Source: an uncultured Chloroflexia bacterium
Lineage (GTDB): Bacteria; Chloroflexota; Limnocylindria; Limnocylindrales; CSP1-4
Assembly (NCBI GenBank): GCA_963763775.1
Contig: CAVXPZ010000003.1
Span: 416,001-480,000 of the forward strand
Length of the DNA: 64,000 nucleotides
Reading direction: 5' to 3'
The notes below the pieces were generated by a model. That model worked only from the letters and a program-made list of their open reading frames with translations, searched no databases and had not been told where the DNA came from. This document shows positions 9,120-20,468 of this stretch, one piece after another; positions within the stretch are counted from its first letter, which is position 1, and each line of letters starts with the position of its first letter. The position numbers were made by a program, and so were the translations under genes.

Positions 9120-11396
9120 ATGGCCGTCAGACTCCAGATGAAACTCGGCGTCGTCGCCGAACACGACCGCCTCCCCGACTCGCCGGACACGCTCGTCGTG
9201 GTCGAGCCGAGCGTCGGCTCGGTCGCCCGTTCCAAGGGCCTGCTCTACCTGCTCGTCACCTCGCGGATCAGCTCGCGCCACGCGCTGGAAGCGACCCGCC
9301 TCGCCGCGGAGACGATCCGCAACGAGTACTACTACGACGAGTCGGCGGGCATCCGCGTCTGCCTCCAGAAGGCCATCGCGACCGCCAACAAGCGGCTCGC
9401 CCACCAGGCGGACCGCCTCGGCCTCAAGTCGACCGACGAGAACGGGCCGATCGGCGTGGCCGTTGCCGTCGTCCGCGGCAACGAGATGTACGTGGCGACG
9501 GTCGGGCCGGCCGAGGCCTACCTGATCCGCCAGGCGCGCCTGTCGACGCTTCCCGATCCGGACCGCGACCGCGGACTGCCGTCCGGCGAGCTCGAGCCCG
9601 AGGTCTGGCGCGGCGAGGTGTCCGTCGGCGACTCGCTGGTGCTCATCTCCCCGAACGTGATGGTCAAGCTCGGCCCGGACGAGCTCAAGGACGCGATGCT
9701 CACGCTCCATCCGCAGTCGGCGATGGAGCACCTCCACCATCGATTCGTCGCCGATGGCGGCGCCGGCAGCGACGGGGCCATCGCGTTCGAGGCCGGCGAG
9801 GTCTCCGCGACCGCCCGCGGTCGGGCGCCCGTGCCCGTCAAACCGCCCGAGCCGCTGGCCGGGGCACCCGACCGGTCGCCGATCCCGCTCGCGGACAACG
9901 TCCAGGCGGCCGGCGTGGCCGTGAGCGCCGCGGCTGGCAGCGCCAAGGTCAAGGCCGGCGGGGCCGCGGGCCGGGTCGTCGGGCGCCTCCAGGAGCTGCT
10001 GCCGCGACGGAAGCCCGCGTACCGACGGGTGACCCCGCTCTCGTCGCGGCGCGAGACCCAGCGGCGTGCCGCGCTCGCGATCCTGGCCCTGGTCCTCGTG
10101 GTCGGCGGGCTGGGACTCGCGGTCTACGCGTTCGGGGGGCAGAGCAAGCAGGGCGCCATCAGCTCGGTCACGGCCGGGCAGCAGGCGCTGGACACGGCCA
10201 AGGCGGACCTCGCGGCGGTCAAGGGTCCCGGCGTCGACCTCGTCGTCGACGACAAGAAGAAGGCCAAGGAGCTCCTGACCGACGCCTACCAGCAGATCCA
10301 GGCCGCGAAAGCGGCGAAGGTCAGCGCCGCGGTCACCGGCCCGCTGGAGAAGCAGGCGATCGACGGCCTGGACCGCCTCAGCGGCGTCGTCCCGGTCGCG
10401 AGCACGACGCTCTTCACGTTCGCGCCGGCCGACGGCGGGGGCCCCATCGACCTGTCGGGGATGGTCAAGGGCCCGGACGGCGCTCCGTACGTCATCGACG
10501 ACTCGACCAAGACGGTGTACCGGATCGACCCCAAGTCCCGGAAGGCGACCGTCGTCGCGCGCACCGGGCAGAAGACGGCGGGCACGACGTTCGCCACGCC
10601 GCGGTTCCTCGCCGTGGGCGGCCTGGACCTGTTGATCCTGGACTCGAAGAACGTCCTGTGGCGCTGGCGTCCGTCGAACGCGACGGGCAAGGGCACGCTC
10701 ACGAAGGTCAAGGTGATCGGCTCGGCGTCGTGGGGCGACGACGTGTCCGGGATCGGCACGTACCTCAAGGACGAGACTCGCGGCCTGTACAACCTGTACG
10801 TGATCGATCCGTCCGAGCAGCAGATCCGGGCCTACTCGCCGGCGTTCGACGGCAGCGGCTTCCCGCAGGCCTCGACCGGCTGGCTCGCGACCGCGCGGCC
10901 CGTCGACGGGATGACCTCGCTCTATATCGATGGCGACCTGTTCGTGACCGAGAACGGGACGCTCGAGCGGTTCGCTTCGGGCAAGAACGACGGATGGAAG
11001 GCCGACGCGCCGGACGACGCGCTCCTGCGCCCGAACCCGACCTTCTCGCTCGTGGCCGGCGGCACGGACCGGCGAACTGGCGTGGTCTACATCTACGACA
11101 AGGAGAACGCGCGGATCGTCGCCATCGACAAGGCCAACGGCGACTTCAAGGGCCAGTACCGGCTGGCCGGCGACCAGCCCGGCTGGGACGACCTGCGCGG
11201 GATGGCCGTCGTCCCGGGCATCGACACGGCGGCCGACACCCTGTTGTGGATCTCGAAGGACGGCGTCCACCAGGCCGTGCTCGAGGCCGTCGCCGACGGG
11301 TCGTCGCCGAGCGCGTCGCCGGTCCCGTCCGCCTCGGCATCGCCGTCAGCGTCCACGAAACCCACCAAGTCCCCGAAGCCGACGAAGAAGCCGTAG
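9120..11396 (+). CDS. Single-pass membrane protein: degenerate PP2C-like domain + TM + extracytoplasmic beta-propeller-like domain + Pro/Ser/Thr/Lys tail
   Basis: PP2C-like motif order with catalytic Asp residues missing; TM AALAILALVLVVGGLGLAVYAF; repeated YVID/LLILD/IYIYD blades. Confidence 0.7.
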   Translation: MAVRLQMKLGVVAEHDRLPDSPDTLVVVEPSVGSVARSKGLLYLLVTSRISSRHALEATRLAAETIRNEYYYDESAGIRVCLQKAIATANKRLAHQADRLGLKSTDENGPIGVAVAVVRGNEMYVATVGPAEAYLIRQARLSTLPDPDRDRGLPSGELEPEVWRGEVSVGDSLVLISPNVMVKLGPDELKDAMLTLHPQSAMEHLHHRFVADGGAGSDGAIAFEAGEVSATARGRAPVPVKPPEPLAGAPDRSPIPLADNVQAAGVAVSAAAGSAKVKAGGAAGRVVGRLQELLPRRKPAYRRVTPLSSRRETQRRAALAILALVLVVGGLGLAVYAFGGQSKQGAISSVTAGQQALDTAKADLAAVKGPGVDLVVDDKKKAKELLTDAYQQIQAAKAAKVSAAVTGPLEKQAIDGLDRLSGVVPVASTTLFTFAPADGGGPIDLSGMVKGPDGAPYVIDDSTKTVYRIDPKSRKATVVARTGQKTAGTTFATPRFLAVGGLDLLILDSKNVLWRWRPSNATGKGTLTKVKVIGSASWGDDVSGIGTYLKDETRGLYNLYVIDPSEQQIRAYSPAFDGSGFPQASTGWLATARPVDGMTSLYIDGDLFVTENGTLERFASGKNDGWKADAPDDALLRPNPTFSLVAGGTDRRTGVVYIYDKENARIVAIDKANGDFKGQYRLAGDQPGWDDLRGMAVVPGIDTAADTLLWISKDGVHQAVLEAVADGSSPSASPVPSASASPSASTKPTKSPKPTKKP

Positions 11397-11409
11397 CGGC
11401 CACGACGCG

Positions 11410-12135
11410 GTGATCCCGCTGCGCGACGCCAACCCGACGCGCCGCACCCCGGTCGTCACGATCGGGATCCTGGTGGCGTGCAGCGTGGCGTGGGCCTGGG
11501 AGCTTGGGCTCCTGGCGAGCGGTGGCGATGACTCGCTGAACGCGTTCGTCACGACGTGGGGCGTCGTCCCGGCGGAGCTGCTCAAGGCCTGGGGCGCCGG
11601 CCAGGTCGTCTCGCAGGAGACCGCGACGCTCATCACGAGCCAGTTCCTGCACGGCGGCTGGCTGCATCTCCTGGGCAACATGCTCTACCTGTGGATCTTC
11701 GCCAACAACGTCGAGGACCGCATGGGCCGCCCGGGGTTCCTCCTGTTCTACCTGGCGGGCGGCGTCGCGGCCGCGCTCGCCCAGGTCGCGGTGGACCCGT
11801 CCTCGACGATCCCCACCATCGGGGCATCCGGCGCGATCGCGGCCACGCTCGGCGCCTATGCGGTCTTCTACCCGCGGGCGCGCATCACGTCGCTGGTCTT
11901 CCTCGGCTTCTTCTACCAGCTCATCGACGTCCCGGCGATCCTGGTGCTCGGCTTCTGGTTCGTGCTCCAGGTCATCGACGGGCTCACCTCACTCGGGATG
12001 GTCGAGAGCAACTCGGGCGGCGTGGCGATCTTCGCCCACATCGGCGGCTTCCTCGCGGGCGCGCTGGTCGCCCGCCTGCTCGTCGCCCGGGGGCTCGGGA
12101 CTGGACGGCCGCCCGCCCCGGCCAGCGTGGGATAA
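11410..12135 (+). CDS. Rhomboid family intramembrane serine protease
   Basis: FLHGGWLHLLGNM, GASG catalytic Ser motif, AHIGG catalytic His. Confidence 0.93.
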   Translation: MIPLRDANPTRRTPVVTIGILVACSVAWAWELGLLASGGDDSLNAFVTTWGVVPAELLKAWGAGQVVSQETATLITSQFLHGGWLHLLGNMLYLWIFANNVEDRMGRPGFLLFYLAGGVAAALAQVAVDPSSTIPTIGASGAIAATLGAYAVFYPRARITSLVFLGFFYQLIDVPAILVLGFWFVLQVIDGLTSLGMVESNSGGVAIFAHIGGFLAGALVARLLVARGLGTGRPPAPASVG

Positions 12136-12142
12136 TCCGGCC

Positions 12143-12709
12143 ATGGCGGGCGACGAGCTGGTCGAGATGGTCGTCGAGAGCGTGCGGGTCCACATGCTGT
12201 CGAGCCGGCACGTGGTGATCCTCAAGGAGACCGACCGGGACCGCTACCTCCCGATCTGGATCGGACCGTGGGAGGCCAGCGCGATCGCCATGAAGCTGCA
12301 GGGCCTGACGCCCGAGCGGCCCCTCACCCACGACCTGTTCGCGACCACGCTCCAGGAGCTCGGCGTCCGCGTGGAGCGCGTCGTCATCAGCGACCTGGCC
12401 GACGAGACCTTCCACGCCCGTCTCGTCCTCGAAGGATCGGGCAAGACCGTCGAGATCGACGCGCGGCCGTCCGACGCGCTCGCGCTCGCGGTGCGGACCG
12501 GCGTGCGGATCTTCGCGGCGGACTCGGTGCTCGACCAGGCGGGCCTCGGCGCCGACGGCGGCCTCGACGATGACGACGAGGGGACCGAAGGGGATGCGCT
12601 GCTCGAGTCGACCGGTGAGCGCATCGTGGACCCGCGCCTGGACGTCTTCCGCGACTTCGTGAACTCGCTCGAGGTCGACCCCGACGCCGAGGGGCGCCGC
12701 GGCAGCTGA
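12143..12709 (+). CDS. Bifunctional nuclease family protein (DUF151)
   Basis: LPIWIGPWEA, RPLTHDL, IDARPSDALALA; leaderless start after GATAAT. Confidence 0.92.
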   Translation: MAGDELVEMVVESVRVHMLSSRHVVILKETDRDRYLPIWIGPWEASAIAMKLQGLTPERPLTHDLFATTLQELGVRVERVVISDLADETFHARLVLEGSGKTVEIDARPSDALALAVRTGVRIFAADSVLDQAGLGADGGLDDDDEGTEGDALLESTGERIVDPRLDVFRDFVNSLEVDPDAEGRRGS

Positions 12710-12738
12710 CTCGGCACGGCCGCTGACCCGGCGCGGTG

Positions 12739-13545
12739 TCAGCCGAGGATGGAGGCTCCGCGGCGGAGCGCGCGAGCTCGGTTCACCCACATGTGGAGCC
12801 GGAGCCGCCAGAAGTCGCGGACGGCCCGCAGGATCACCTGCGGCTTCGCCCCGGTCGGCGAGCCGGCCGTCCTCGGATAGTGCGGGACGCCCACTTCGGC
12901 GATCGTCCGGCCGGCGGCCTGGGACTTGATGAGGAGCTCGGCCGAGAAGAACGCGCCGTCGCTCTCGACGTGCAGACCCTCGAGGGCCGAGCGCCGGAAC
13001 AGCTTGCAGGCGCCGTCGACGTCGGTCACGCGCAGGCCGAAGAAGACGCGGTTCGCGAGTCGGTAGGCCCGTGCGTAGGCGATGCGGATGGGCGGGTCGG
13101 CCCGCTTGATCCGGAAGCCCGCGACGATGTCGGGCGCGTCCGGCGCCGCGAGCCGCGCCGTCAGGCGGCCGATGTCCACGACCTTGAACTGGCGGTCGCC
13201 GTCGGTGAATGCGACGAGCTCGAACCGCGCCGCCGCGAACCCGGACCGCAGCGCGGCCCCGTAGCCGCGGTTGACCGGGTGGTGGACGACGCGCACGACG
13301 TCCGGGTGGCGGGCGGCGAGGGCGTCAGCCAGGGCCGGCGTCCCGTCCTTCGACCCGTCGTCGACCGCGATGATCTCGAACGTCTCGGCCAGCGACGGCA
13401 GCGTGGCCAGCGCCTCCTCCACGAGCCCTTCGAGGTTCGCCTCCTCGTTGTGGGCCGGGAAGAAGTACGACAGGCGCGGCACGCGCGGCGTCGAACCGGC
13501 ACCGGCCGGGGTCTCCTCGGTCGCGGGCGTCGCCACGGTCGTCAT
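12739..13545 (-). CDS. GT2 glycosyltransferase (polyprenol-phosphate sugar synthase-like)
   Basis: PAHNEEANL, VDDGSKDGT, NRGYGAAL, FTDGDRQF, DVDGACKLFRR. Confidence 0.9.
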   Translation of the reverse strand: MTTVATPATEETPAGAGSTPRVPRLSYFFPAHNEEANLEGLVEEALATLPSLAETFEIIAVDDGSKDGTPALADALAARHPDVVRVVHHPVNRGYGAALRSGFAAARFELVAFTDGDRQFKVVDIGRLTARLAAPDAPDIVAGFRIKRADPPIRIAYARAYRLANRVFFGLRVTDVDGACKLFRRSALEGLHVESDGAFFSAELLIKSQAAGRTIAEVGVPHYPRTAGSPTGAKPQVILRAVRDFWRLRLHMWVNRARALRRGASILG

Positions 13546-15119
13546 GCGGCGGAGCGCTTCGCGATGACGTGGATCAGCAAGCCTTGGTCCTCCGGGGTCA
13601 GATACTCGATGTCGTACTTCTCGGCGAGGTCGGGGATCGCCGCGAGGGTCTCCCGCAGGAGATACACGGGGGCACGTCCCAGGTTGGCGTCGATGACGTC
13701 CTCGATCGACCCGAGGTTCTTGTCGAGTCGCGTGCGGTCGTCGACGATGACGATATCAGGCCGGACGCCCTCGACCCGCTGGGCGTACCACAGCGGTGTC
13801 GAGTAGCTCCACCAGCTGATCACCACGGCACCCGGCTGGAGCTGCGACAGGACACTGTCCAGCCAGACCGACGCGGTGCGGTCCCGGCTGCGGTCGACGG
13901 AAGCGAGCGTGGTGTCCGCCGCGGCGACCGACGGCAGGACGAGCAGGCACGCCGCGATGCCGGCCACCACGGCCGGGACGCGTGAGACCCGGGGCCGGGG
14001 ATCGCCATCGTCGAACCGCCCGCCCGGGTCGCCGCGGCCCAGCATCTCGACGACCCCCTCGACGGCGACGGCGGCGAGGATCGCGAGCCAGGTCCAGGCC
14101 ATGAGGATCGGCCCGAGGTAGTAGCGGTCGATATCGGCATTGATGTACGACGCGGCGAAGAAGCACGTGATGAGGACCGCCGTGCCGGTCAGGAGAGCGT
14201 AGGCGGGTCGGCGCGCGACGGTCGCCGCGAACCCGACCGGGATCAGTGGCGCCAGGATGCCGAACTGGGCGACCGTGACGTCGATGAGCGCATGCACCTT
14301 GCCTGGCAGGTCGCCGATCGGGTCCTGGAGGCTCCCCTGGAACTGCTGGGCGAACACGACGTACAGGAACCCGTCGAGGGTCTCGGGCCGTCCGTAGACC
14401 AGCGCCGCGCGGAATGGCCCGGCCCGGAGCGGGAGCTCGAGATACACGAGGAAGAGCGTCACGGCGAGGGCCCCCATGCACGTCAGGATGAAGCGTGGAC
14501 GGCCGAGGATGGCCCGGTCCACGGCCAGGACGTACAGACCCACCGGAAGCGCGAGGAGCAGCGTCAGCGAGTGGTTGCCCATCGCGAGCCCGAACGCCAC
14601 CGTCGCCGCCAGCAGGTAGCGATCGGCGGTCGGCTGCCCGGCGCGGACCCGGTCCTCCCAGGCGACGAGCAGGCGCAGGAGGACGGCCACCAGTGCGAGG
14701 TGCAGCGCGTGCGGGTCGGCGTGCGTGCCGATCGCCCAGACGATCGGCGTCAGCGCCAGCCCCACGCCCACGGCGACCCCGAGGGCGACGGATCGCGTCA
14801 GCGCGCGGACGAGGTCGACGGCGACCGCGGCGGCCACGCCGACGCAGATGGCCGAGAGGGCGTTCATGCGGAACGCCGGGTCGCCGAGAGGCTGGAGCAC
14901 CACCGAGGCGAGCCAGCCGAGCAACACGTACGTGGGGAAGCCCGTCGGGTGGGCGGTGCCCATCAGCGGTCCGACGGCCTGGAACTCGGCCGTGTCCCAG
15001 AACCCGACACCCGGCATGAGCGCGAGCCACGACGCGGCGAACGCCAAGACGCCGACCGCGACGGCCGGCGCCAGGTGCGAGGGGTCCGTTCGGCGACCCT
15101 GTGCTACGCTCAGATCCAC
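13542..15119 (-). CDS. DUF2723/TMEM260-like GT-C glycosyltransferase
   Basis: WDTAEF..AHPTGFPTY N-terminal motif, GNH, multiple TMs, WWSYSTPLWYAQ..RPDI C-terminal domain. Confidence 0.8.
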   Translation of the reverse strand: MDLSVAQGRRTDPSHLAPAVAVGVLAFAASWLALMPGVGFWDTAEFQAVGPLMGTAHPTGFPTYVLLGWLASVVLQPLGDPAFRMNALSAICVGVAAAVAVDLVRALTRSVALGVAVGVGLALTPIVWAIGTHADPHALHLALVAVLLRLLVAWEDRVRAGQPTADRYLLAATVAFGLAMGNHSLTLLLALPVGLYVLAVDRAILGRPRFILTCMGALAVTLFLVYLELPLRAGPFRAALVYGRPETLDGFLYVVFAQQFQGSLQDPIGDLPGKVHALIDVTVAQFGILAPLIPVGFAATVARRPAYALLTGTAVLITCFFAASYINADIDRYYLGPILMAWTWLAILAAVAVEGVVEMLGRGDPGGRFDDGDPRPRVSRVPAVVAGIAACLLVLPSVAAADTTLASVDRSRDRTASVWLDSVLSQLQPGAVVISWWSYSTPLWYAQRVEGVRPDIVIVDDRTRLDKNLGSIEDVIDANLGRAPVYLLRETLAAIPDLAEKYDIEYLTPEDQGLLIHVIAKRSAA

Positions 15120-15148
15120 CTTCCACGCTCGTGCAGGAGCCGTTCCCG

Positions 15149-18100
15149 GTGACTGGCCCCGCCTCCGATGGCACCGAGCGAGGCACAGGCGCGCCGTCGC
15201 GGTTCACCGGGACGCAGGGAGCCGTCGGCGCGATCCTGATCGTCCTCGCGCTCGGACTCGCCCTCCGCCTCATCATCGCATACCTGCTCCCCGGGTCCGG
15301 ATTCAAGGTCGACCTCGGGGCGTTCCGGTTCTGGGCGAGCGAGCTCGCGACCCACGGCCCGTGGGGCTTCTACGACCGCGACTTCCTCCACGACTACATG
15401 CCCGGGTACATGTACGTCCTGTGGCTGGTCGGGATCGTCGGCCAGGTCACCGGCGGTGTCGGCGACCTCATCAAGATCCCGCCGATCCTGGCCGACCTCG
15501 TCGTCGGCTACCTCGTCTACTCGATGGTGCTCGAGCTCGGCGGACGCAGGGCCGTCGCCCTCGGCGGCGCCCTGCTCGCGGTCCTCAACCCGATCAGCTG
15601 GTTCGACAGCGTCGCCTGGGGCCAGGTCGACTCCTTCGGGGTCGTGTTCCTGCTCCTCGGCCTGCGCGAGCTCTGGCGCGACCGGCCGGAACGCGCGGCG
15701 ATCTACACGGTCATCGCCGCCATGATCAAGCCCCAGCTCGGGATCCTCGTGCCACTCGTCGCCGTGGTCGTGATCCGGCGGGCCCTGTGGCCGGCCGGCG
15801 GTGACGGCGACCCGGAGCGCACCGGGCACCCGCGCCGGATCGTCACGACGGCCATCGCCGGCGTGGCGACCGCCGTCGTGATGTCGATCCCGTTCGGGCT
15901 GACGCCGGCCGGCTTCGTCCGCCAGCTGCTCTCGACCGGCGGCACGTACCCGTTCACCACGGTGAACGCGTACAACCCGTGGGCGCTCCTCCCCTCCGAC
16001 ATCGGCAACAGCCCCGCCGCCACGGGCGGCTGGATCTGCGACGCGGCGTCGACCTTCGTCCACGACGACTGCGGCTGGGGGACCGCGTTCATCGGGCCGT
16101 TCCCCGCGATCGTCGTCGGGACGGCGCTGCTGATCGGCGTCTTTGCGCTCGTCCTCGCCGTGGCTGCCCGGCGACCGGACCGACTCACGCTCCTGGTGGC
16201 CCTCGCCATCCTCGCGCTCGCCTTCTTCATCGTGCCCACGCGCGTCCACGAGCGGTACGGGTACCCGTTCTTCGCGCTCGCGGTGATCCTCGCCGCGGTC
16301 TCCCTGCGCTGGCTGACCGCGTACCTCGTGCTGACCGTCGCCACGTTCGCGAACATGTACGTCGTCCTCACGACGATCTACTCGGACAACCCGTCGGTGG
16401 AGGACTGGCTGGGGATCGGGCCGGCGATCCGGTCGCCGGCGGGCGTCACCGTGATCGTGCTCCTGCACCTCGCCGGGTTCATCTGGGTGGTGCTCCAGCT
16501 GCGGTCGTCGGCACGGGCACGGCTCGCCGGCCGAACTCGCGGCCGCGGCCGAACCCGAGGACCACGCGACGGACGCCGAGACGGATCGGTCGGACGTGCC
16601 GGCGGCGGCCATCGGCCCGGGCATCGCGGCCATCCCGGCCACCCGGGCCGTCACGTCCTCGTCGGTGGTCACGCCACCGCCGCGACCCGACGTCGAGATG
16701 CCGCGCTGGTCGGGCCGGCCGTCCGTCGCCGAGGTGGGGGTCGTGGCCTGGCTCCGTGATCGCTGGGGGACGCCACCGATCCGCCCGGATCGCAGTGCCA
16801 CCCTCGTGTCCGAGGGCGGTGGACGCCTCGACCGCCTCGACCTGTGGTTCCTCGTGATCCTCGTCCTCGCGTCGATGAGCCTGCGGATGTTCCGGCTCGC
16901 CGAGCCGTACCAGATGCATTTCGACGAGGTCTATCACGCCCGTACCGCCACGGAGTTCCTCCAGGACTGGCGGTACGGCGAGTCCCACGACATCTACGAG
17001 TGGACGCATCCGCATCTCGCGAAGTACGCGATGGCCGCCGGGCTCGTGCTCTGGGGCGAGGACGACGTCGCCGCGACCAGCGAGCTGGGCGTCCCCGTGA
17101 AGGCCGCCGTGGTCGAGCCGCGACGGGACGACCCGACGGCGCCAGGCGGCCGGGCCGGCGAGCGCCTGCACGTCGCGACCGGCACCGAGATCCGGACGTA
17201 CGACCTCCGCACGCGGGCGCTCATCGCGACGATCCCGGCGCCCGGCGTCTCGGCCCTCGCCCTCGATCCCGCGGGGACCGAGATGATCGTCGGGTTCGAC
17301 GACGGCCGTGTCGCGACCCTTGACCTCGGCTCGATCGATGCCGACGCGGCGGCGGCCGGCGTGGCGCCCCTCGACCTCGGCAAGGTCGGCGGTGCGGTCA
17401 CGCAGCTGTTCGTCCCCGACGACGGGTCGACGATCATCGTCGGGCAGCACGACCGGCTCGACGTCATCGACGATTCGACCGGCGACCCCCTCGGCGGCCT
17501 CGACGTCCCCGGGCTCGCGGACATCGGCGATGGCGGGAGCGGCGACGCCCTCCAGGCGACCCTCGCGGACGTCCCGGACCCATCCGCCGCCGCGTCCGAG
17601 CTCGCGAGCCTGCTCGACGGCGAGGCGGCGACCTATGAAGCCCTCCTGCGCGGGACCGGCGAGACGGCCCTGCTCGGCAGCCCAGGGAGCGGCGACACCC
17701 GCAAGGCCGTGGACACGGCGATCGCCGACGGCAAGCTGCCCGGCATCGAGGTGACGCAAGTCTCCCGCGTGGCGGTCGCGACCGCCGACGGCGTCGAGTT
17801 CATCGACCCGGCCACGGCCCAGGTCTCCTCGACCATCCCGCTCGTGGGTGGCGCCCACGGCCTGGGACGCGTCTCCGGCATCGAGGACGACCAGCTCTAC
17901 GTGACGTCCGGCACGCCGGACGCGCCGACGTACGACGTGGTCGCGATCTCGGGGGATGCCGCGGCCAGCGGTCCGGCCAAGTCGGGGGGAAGCCACCCGC
18001 TGCCCGGACTCGGGAGCAAGGTCGTGTACGACAAGGCCAGCCAGATGGTCCACATCCTCGGGCTCGCGCCGGACGCGACGACGACCGGCGCGGGCGCGGC

Positions 18101-20468
18101 GGACGGGCCGTGGACCGTCTATGTGGTGGAGCCGCATGCGAAGGCGGTCTTCGCGGACGCCCGGCTCGGCGACGGGTTCGTGCCGGCGGCGTGGGCCGCG
18201 GACATCAACGACCAGTACCCGTCGGCTGACCGGCAGGACCTCCTCGTGTTCGACGGCAGCGGTTCGATGGCCTCGATCGAGCTCGGGTCGCACGCGTTCG
18301 CGTGGCGTCTGCCGGGCGTCATCGCGGGCACGCTGACCCTCGTCTGCCTGTACCTGCTCGCGCGCATCCTGTTCCGCCGCCGATTGATCGCCGGCCTCGT
18401 CGGGCTCTTCGTCCTCGTCGACGGGATGTTCTTCGTCCAGGCGCGGATCGGGATGAACGACGTCTATGTCGGGCTGTTCATCATCGCCGCGTACACGCTG
18501 TTCGCCGCGGTCTGGACCGGGTGGTGGCGCGGCCGTGCGGCGTTCTGGATCTCGATGCCGATCATCGGCCTGTTACTCGGGCTCGCGCTGGCGAGCAAGT
18601 GGGTGGCGCTGTACGCGATCTTCGCGCTCGGCCTGCTCATCCTCCTTCGGAGCGCGCTCGGCCGGGTGATCTCGATCCTCGGGCTCATCGCGATCACGAG
18701 CGTGCTCGGGTACATGGCGATCAGCGTGCCGGAAGGGCAGGGCTTCGGGAACATGACGTTCCTGCTCATCATGGTCGCGCTCACGCTGCTGGCGGTGGTC
18801 GTGGCCGTGTGGCACCCGATCGCCTGGACCGACGACGAGATGCGGTTCGCCGTCATGGCCCCCACCGCGCTCGGAGCGCTCGTGTTCTTCGGGGCGCTCG
18901 CGACCGGCCGCCTCGACTCGCAGATCGTCATCCGCTCGATCGCGGTGACGCCGTTGGTGGTCGCCATCCTGCTCGCCCTCGGGTCGTTGCTGGTGTGGCT
19001 CGCCTTCGCGATCGGGGGGCGGATCGGGTTCGGGCCGCTCGCCGCGGCGCCCGGGCCGGACGACCCGGCGCGGTTCCTCGAGCCGCCGGCGCCCGCGCCG
19101 GAGGGCTGGCTGCGCCCCGGCTACCTGCTCGGCTTGCCGGTGGTCTGGGCCGTCATCTGCCTGCTGGCCCTGCCGGTCGCCGTCTACGTGGTCTCGTACA
19201 TCCCCTGGGCGCTCATCGAGAACCACCGACTCTTCGGCGACATCGCGTTCCTCGGCATCCACATCCCGGCCTGGCCGGCCGGCCATACCGGGCAGACGCT
19301 CGTCGAGCTGACCCAGCAGATGTACGGCTACCACAACGGCCTGACGGCCCCGCACCCGGCCTCGTCGCCGTGGTGGGCGTGGCCGCTCGACCTCAAGCCG
19401 GTGTGGTTCTACCAGGAAGGCCTCGCGGGCGGGACGGCGGCCGCGATCTACGACGCGGGCAACCTCGTCATCTGGTGGCTCGGCGTCGCGGGGATGGTCT
19501 TCGTCAGCGTCATGGCCTTCCGCCGGCGCAGCCCGGCCCTCGCGCTGATCGCGATCGGGTTCGCCGCGCAGTGGATCCCCTGGGCCCGCATCGATCGGGC
19601 GGCGTTCCAGTACCACTACTACACCGCCCTGCCGTTCGTGGCGCTCGCCCTGGCGTACTTCATCGCGGAGATCTGGCACGGGGCGTCACGATTCACATGG
19701 CAGTTCGCCCGGGTCGCCGGCGCCGTGGCCCTGGTGCTGCCGGCGGCGCTCTGGCTGTTCTCGCGGCCGCTCTGCGCGATCGTCGGCGTCGAATCGGTGA
19801 ACCCCGGGTCGGCGGCCTGCCCCGCGGTCATCCCCGAGTTCGTCCTGACGACGCGGACCGCGGCGCTGGCCGTGGTCGCCGGCATCGGGCTGTTCTTCGT
19901 GCTGCGCACGGTGCTGGCGATCTCCGACGCGGACCGCGACGGCGCCAGCAGCGAGCGCGGCTGGTACCGGTCGCTCGCGATCACCGGCCTCGTCGTCGGC
20001 GGGGCACTGGTGATCGCGTCGCTCATGCCCGACACGCCGATCCTCACGCTCACCCGGATCCCGGTCGAGCCGATCGTCCTCCTGGCGGCGCTGCCGCTCG
20101 CCTACCTCGCGCTCGGGGTCTTCGCCGCACGCGACCCGCGACGGTTCGTCGTCGGGTACGTCGCCGCGGCCGTGGCGTGGGGCGTCGTGCTCTACCCGAA
20201 CATCGCGGCGCTGCCGCTGCCGGCGGTGATCGTGAACGCGTACCAGGGGGTCATCCCGACCTACCTGTACGCCTTCCAGTTCCCGGTCAGCACGACCGAT
20301 CGCACGGTCGCGACACCGATCCTGACACCGGAGTTCGCCCTGCTGACGGTGGCGCTGACCGTGACCTGTCTCGTGATCGCCTACTGCGCCTGGTTCTGGA
20401 GGTTGTCGCTGGCGGGCTCGTCCGACGTCGACGACGCCGAAGCCTTCGCCCGCAGCAGCGGCGCCTGA
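15149..20468 (+). CDS. Giant dual GT-C protein: Alg6/GT87-like module fused to a PMT (GT39)-like protein mannosyltransferase with an inserted soluble domain (frameshift near 16529)
   Basis: DYMPG, WGQVDS, IKPQ, VHERY in the N-module; FDEVYH, EWTHP, ARIGMNDVY, ASKW, HPASSPWWAWP, FQYHY in the C-module; removing one G at about 16529 joins the two frames. Confidence 0.75.
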
